Notes under the pieces: generated by a model
Seen by the model: only the letters and a program-made list of their open reading frames with translations
Told to the model about the DNA's origin: nothing
Database searches by the model: none
NCBI RefSeq assembly: GCF_000143415.4
Contig: NW_003314268.1
Span: forward strand, 1,596,672 to 1,660,671
From: Selaginella moellendorffii
Taxonomy: Eukaryota; Plantae; Lycopodiophyta
Direction: 5' to 3'
Length of the DNA: 64,000 nucleotides
Program-made: the position numbers and the translations under genes
Part shown: positions 59,056 through 64,000 of the stretch, piece by piece
Position numbering within the stretch: the first letter of the stretch is position 1
How the letters are laid out: each line of letters begins with the position of its first letter

Positions 59056-60599
59056 ATGTTTTGGGCAGTCGCGCTCTTCCTCTTCTCAGCTTTCATTCTC
59101 AAGCAATGGCTCTCCAGCAAATCTCTCAATCTTCCACCAGGTCCCAGAGGATTACCTCTCATCGGCCACTTCCATCTCCTGGGCAGGCTCCCACATATCT
59201 CACTCCAGCAGCTCTCCAAGAGATATGGACCCCTCTTTCACTTGCGCCTGGGATCTGTCCCTGTGTTCGTGGTCTCCAGTCCAGAAATGGCCAAGGAGTT
59301 TCTCAAGAACCACGACACGGGATTCGCCTACAGGCCTCGGAACAACGCGGTCTCCATAGTCATGGATTGCCGGAGCATGTCTTTCTCGCCATATGGAGAC
59401 TACTGGAAGAAGCTGAGGAAGCTCTGCGCCACGGAGTTATTCACGGCCAAGAGGGTGAGTATGAACACGCAGATCATCCGGGACGAGCTGTGGGGGCTCA
59501 GTGGTGAGCTCTTGAGAGCTTCTAAGGCTGGCCAAGTTGTGGGAGTGAGACCACACTTGAGAGCGCTCAGCTTCAACGTCATGACTCGCATTCTGATGAA
59601 GAAGACGTACTTTGGATCCAAGGCCTCGGGCGATCCCGCTATTGCGAAGGAGGCCTCGAATTTCATAGCGATGATTGATGAGATCCTCGAGGTGGGAGCG
59701 GCTTTCTCGATCACTGACTATTTCCCCTACTTGAGCTGGCTCGACTTGGTTGCTGGCCGTGCAAAGGTGGCCGGGGATAAGATGAATGGCTTCTTGCAAA
59801 AGGTTTTGGACGAGCAGCGCCCCGGTGAGGTTCCCGATTTCGTGGAGATCACAAGGTCTCACATTGGAAACGATGCGGTCAATCTCAGAGCTCTACTCAT
59901 GGTAAGTTACGACCCCATGATTTTCTCTGTGGAACTTACTTGATTGTTCTGTGATCTTGATAGGATCTACTGCTTGGTGGATCTGAAACATCATCCACCG
60001 TGACAGAGTGGGCTCTGGCAGAACTTCTTCACCACCCAGATTGGATGGTCAAAGCTCAGCAAGAGATTGAGAGTGTTGTTGGACGCACACGCATGGTCGA
60101 AGAGGGAGACATATCCAAGCTCGAGGTTTTGAATGCCATCATCAAGGAAACCTTTCGTCTCCACCCTCCCATTGCTTTGCTCGTACCACACGCATCAATG
60201 GAGGCCCAGAAAGTTGCCGGCTATGATATCCCCAAGAACGCAATGCTACTTGTGAATGTCTATGCGATAGGAAGAGATCCCCGAGTATGGTGTGATCCTC
60301 TGGAGTTCCAGCCCCAGAGATTCATGGGCAGCAACATCGGTGTCAGTGGCCAAGACTTTGAGCTGCTTCCATTTGGATCTGGAAAGAGATCTTGCCCCGG
60401 GCTTCCTCTTGGTCTTAGAAACGTCCAGCTTGTTCTTTCCAATCTTCTTCATGGATTCGAATGGGAGTTCCCTGGAAGCCCAAAAGATCAACAAATGGGT
60501 GAAGTTACAGGAATCGTAAACTTTATGGCACACACTCTCAAAGCCAGGATCACTTCTAGGCTCAATGAAAGTGCCTACACCACTCTCAAGTTAATTTAG
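59056..60599 (+). CDS. Cytochrome P450, CYP71 clan (one intron, about 59902-59963)
   Basis: LPPGPRGLP, GGSETSS (I-helix), KETFRLHP, PQRF and heme motif FGSGKRSCPG. Confidence 0.95.
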
Positions 60600-61061
60600 G
60601 CACTTTTAAAGTGTTCAAATATAATAAATCACATTATATTACTGGGTTTGTACTCCGAAGATCTAAAATTGTACATACATACATACATTAGTTTGTTACC
60701 TTCAAATCAAAACTTAATCAACTAGCCTTATAATTTGAACTAGATAGCCTGTAGTCTTTGTGTCAGAGCCAAGTGGCAAATGCATTTGAACTAGCAAATC
60801 CTCTTGTTTGTGAAAAAATATCAAAATTCTAGAAACTTTGAATATCTGTTTATGGCCTGTTTGAAACTATAAGCACTGTTTGAAACGGGAACAAAATGCA
60901 ACCTATTTCTTCACCTGATGTCTCAAGTTGAGCTATGCTAGAGGCTTAATCATGCTGAATCTCCTGTTCTTATCAACACTCTATAAACTTCATTATAGTA
61001 TATTGACTCTAAACTATGTACAAAGTGGAGGATAGCTCACTATATAGTGTATCCACCAAAC

Positions 61062-61545
61062 AATCAGCTCACAGTCCCAGCAAAGGTCCTCCTATAGGAA
61101 TTCCAACTTCTATGTGAGTGCACACCTTCCCAATAGCTCACTTGACTTAATAATGGCTTGGAGTGCCGGGCTCACGAGGCTCTGCACATGTCCACCCCGT
61201 CTTCTTTTCAAGGTTCCATGCGGCCAGAGCTTCGGCATACACGTTGCAGAATTTGCCCGATTTCCAGAATGTTTCGAGCAAAAGGCTCAAAAGCTTATTG
61301 TCACGGGTAATTCTGGAGGACAGGGATAAAGGTTGGAAATTCTTTAAGGGCTTTGCTGCATTGCTGCTGGATCAGATGAGCCATGAACATGCCTTGAAGA
61401 AGGTCCAGGATCTCAATGCCGAGTTCCTGGATGACCTTCCCGTCATTGACATGATTTTAAATTTCTTTCCTATTCCCATATAATTGCTGTACAATGTTGG
61501 AATGAAAGTTAATGAAGAAACTTTCTAGCGCTATAAAGCTTGACC
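61062..61545 (+). pseudogene. Duplicated MSH2 3' end plus a remnant of the P450 proximal promoter
   Basis: [17 protein letters not shown] and [30 protein letters not shown]. 61495-61540 resembles 58975-59020. Confidence 0.88.
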
Positions 61546-61740
61546 TATTAAACGTAATCATGTTCTTAAAACTTCCATGTGTATTATTCACATCGCCATA
61601 TTACCACGTTGTCAAAAATTTAAATTGCTTATCGGCTATTGTGCATTGACAATTGTGCTGATGAAAAAACACTCTGGTTTTTCTGTGGCAGTGGTGTTGT
61701 GCAGCAATGTGGGGTGGCGGCTTTGCAGCACAACGGTGTT

Positions 61741-63275
61741 AGGGCAATCTGTAAGTACATAGTGGATGTGACTAGAGGTATGGCGTGCAATTCGTAAAAG
61801 GTGGATTTTACAATAGTGGATTTCACTCACACCACGTGTATGCCTGTTATTGGTCCATGTGTATTATGAGTGTGAAAAAAACACAAGCATAGAATACTTT
61901 ACGAATATCCAATCCTTATGCCCCGGATGGGGCATCATGCCCATAGCAATGACCCATGCTATGTATGGAATGGAGCCATTCATGGCCCATAGACCCATTC
62001 ATCCCATGCATTCGAGCAAGTTGTTAATGTTGCAAACCAAATGGACAATCGACTAAATTGCATACCATACTACCTTATCTAGAGCATTATGTTCTCACAT
62101 CTTGCTCTTGGCGCTCATGGCAAAAGAATTAAATTATCCTTTTTTGGCACACCTTTTTTAACATAGTGTCATAGCAAGCGTAAGTGAACTCCATCTAACT
62201 CCATCTAGAATTTGGGAGTGTGGCAGCCTTGATCGTCATCGACAGCCATCACTGTGTCCTCCCCACATTGCCGACTGCCACTGTGCTGCTCGCAATCATT
62301 GATGCTCCCATTGTTACCTGCCACAGCATCTAGGCAATCATTGAATCCTCTTGCTTCCTCCGTCTTGCACTGTGATTCTTGAGGATGGAGGTCGCCAAGC
62401 TGGAGCTGCTGGGGACGAGCTGGATGGCAAGGCAGGGGAGAAGGCGATGACGAGTGATGGAATCTGTCCAGAACACTGGAATCTGGAGCCGTGATCGCAG
62501 CCATTGCTATCAATCCCTAGCAGCACCGCAGCTCTCCATACCACCCAAAATATCCCCTACACCATAGCCAATAACAGATTTACAGAGCATAGAATAACAG
62601 AGCACTAAAGTGCAAGGAAGTGTCTCCTAAACCCGATGAATCCAAACTTGATGATTTGTGGCATCTATATATAGCCCATTGTTTATATTATGGGGACATC
62701 ATTGACGCATTAAGCAAGCATCCATGGGGTATCCATGAGGCATCCAGATGACATTTAATGCTAAACCAATAGAAAACTGCCACATGGACATTGTATTGTG
62801 AGTAAAATCTGCAGCTGTAACACTCACCCTTTTACGAATTGCACGCCATATAGAGCACCAACTCTATTTGCAACGCACTTCCACGAGCTCACCATTTCTA
62901 TCATCAAGGTCCATCAGCTCACGGTCCCAGCAGACGTCCTCTTGTAGGAATCTCCAACTTTCACGTGAGTGCGCACATAGATCCCAGTTCCCGAAAGCTC
63001 ACAATACAAGGTACTCGCATATTTTCTTTCTAATGATCTGGTCCGTGAGTTTGTTTCCATGGCCCTTGTGAGCAGAGCTTCTGCATACACGTCGCGGAAT
63101 TTGCTTGATTTCCAGAATGCCTCGCCAAGTAAAAGGCTGCGGAGCTCGAAGACTTCTCGCCACAGGCGATTCTGGAAGATGATTTTCAAGGCTTTGGATT
63201 TCTTTGATATTTGAAAAATTGTCGCAGCTTGCCAAGCTTGGAAGTCAAAGGTCGGACATCTTCCAGTCAACATTG
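61741..63275 (+). pseudogene. Third MSH2 3' fragment, split by a TIR element
   Basis: gcaatctgtaagtacatagtggatgtgactagag (61744-61777) joins tagagcaccaactctatttgcaacgcacttccacgag (62851 onward), colinear with MSH2 57660-58230. Confidence 0.88.
61778..62850. mobile_element. Non-autonomous TIR DNA transposon, about 1.07 kb
   Basis: TIR TATGGCGTGCAATTCGTAAAAGG / CCTTTTACGAATTGCACGCCATA, extending imperfectly to about 55-80 bp. Flanked by (T)AGAG duplications; the empty site is visible in intact MSH2. Confidence 0.9.
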
Positions 63276-63329
63276 GAATGGAAGTACTCTCCAGCGCTCG
63301 GCTCTACAATTTAGGGGCAGAAAGTAGGA

Positions 63330-64000
63330 ATGTTTTGGGCGGTGCATATAGTGGTCTTCCTCCTCACTGCTTTCATCTTCAAGCAATGGCTCTCCAGCAT
63401 ATCTCTCAATCTTCCGCCAGGCCCCAGAGGATTACCTCTCATCGGCCACTTCCATCTCCTGGCCATGGGCAAGCTCCCACACATCGCACTCCAGCAGCTC
63501 TCCAAGAGATTTGGACCCCTCTTTCACTTGCGCCTGGGATCTATCCCTGTGTTCGTGGTCTCCAGTCCAGAAATGGCCAAGGAGTTTCTCAAGAACCACG
63601 ACACGGAATTCGCCTATAGGCCTCGGAACAACGTGGTCTCCATAGTCATGGATAGCAGGAGCATGTCTTTCTCGCCATATGGAGACTACTGGAAGAAGCT
63701 GAGGAAGCTCTGCGCCACGGAGCTCTTCACGGCCAAGGGTGAGTTTGAACGCGCAGATCATCCGGGACGAGCTGTGGGATCTCAGTCGCGAGCTCTCGAG
63801 GGCTTCCACTGGCCAAGTTCTGTTCAATGTCATGACTCGTATCCTTATGAAGAAGACTTACTTTGGATCCAAGGCCTCTGGTAACGCAATTGCGGAGGAC
63901 GCCTCGAATTTCATTGGGATGATTGATGAGTTTCTTGAGGTGGGAGCTGAGTGACTATTTCCCTTACTTAAGCTCGCTCGACTGGGTTGCCCGCTGGGCA
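63330..64000 (+). pseudogene. CYP71-clan P450 paralog with a frameshift and deletions (runs off the window)
   Basis: Near-identical to the 59056 copy up to gccaagggtgag (2-nt deletion relative to gccaagagggtgag), with further deletions and a stop. Confidence 0.85.

Overview
Gene-dense eukaryotic land-plant DNA with very short GT-AG introns (mostly about 45-70 nt), telo-box promoters and tiny intergenic spacers. This organisation most resembles the lycophyte Selaginella (inference, not verified). Recognisable genes, in order: SPH/S1-like secreted protein, albumin-1/knottin-like peptide, PDCD4-N-like small protein, tRNA-Val(CAC), tryptophan synthase beta, SKA1, an ARM-repeat protein, UTP23, TMA7, SCPL, a TWS1/CIF-like sulfated-peptide precursor, HMGB, a WAK-like kinase, mitochondrial SHMT, an AFL-type B3 transcription factor, tRNA-Lys(CTT), plastid RPL18, a fibrillin-domain protein, eIF4A, ESF2, a SAP/NuSAP-like gene, two tandem PNGase A genes, MSH2 and CYP71-clan P450s. 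Accessory DNA includes a Copia-like LTR, an inverted duplication with arms of about 2 kb carrying RRC1/SR140 fragments, a partial SHMT duplicate, tandem MSH2-tail/P450 duplications and a 1.07 kb TIR element with an unusual 4-5 bp target duplication. The most notable observations are the TWS1/CIF-like ligand, a phase-consistent micro-exon array, an intron duplication that creates a 21-nt micro-exon in TSB, and a stand-alone PDCD4-N-like protein. Exon boundaries were read by eye and family assignments come from remembered motifs; no searches were run.
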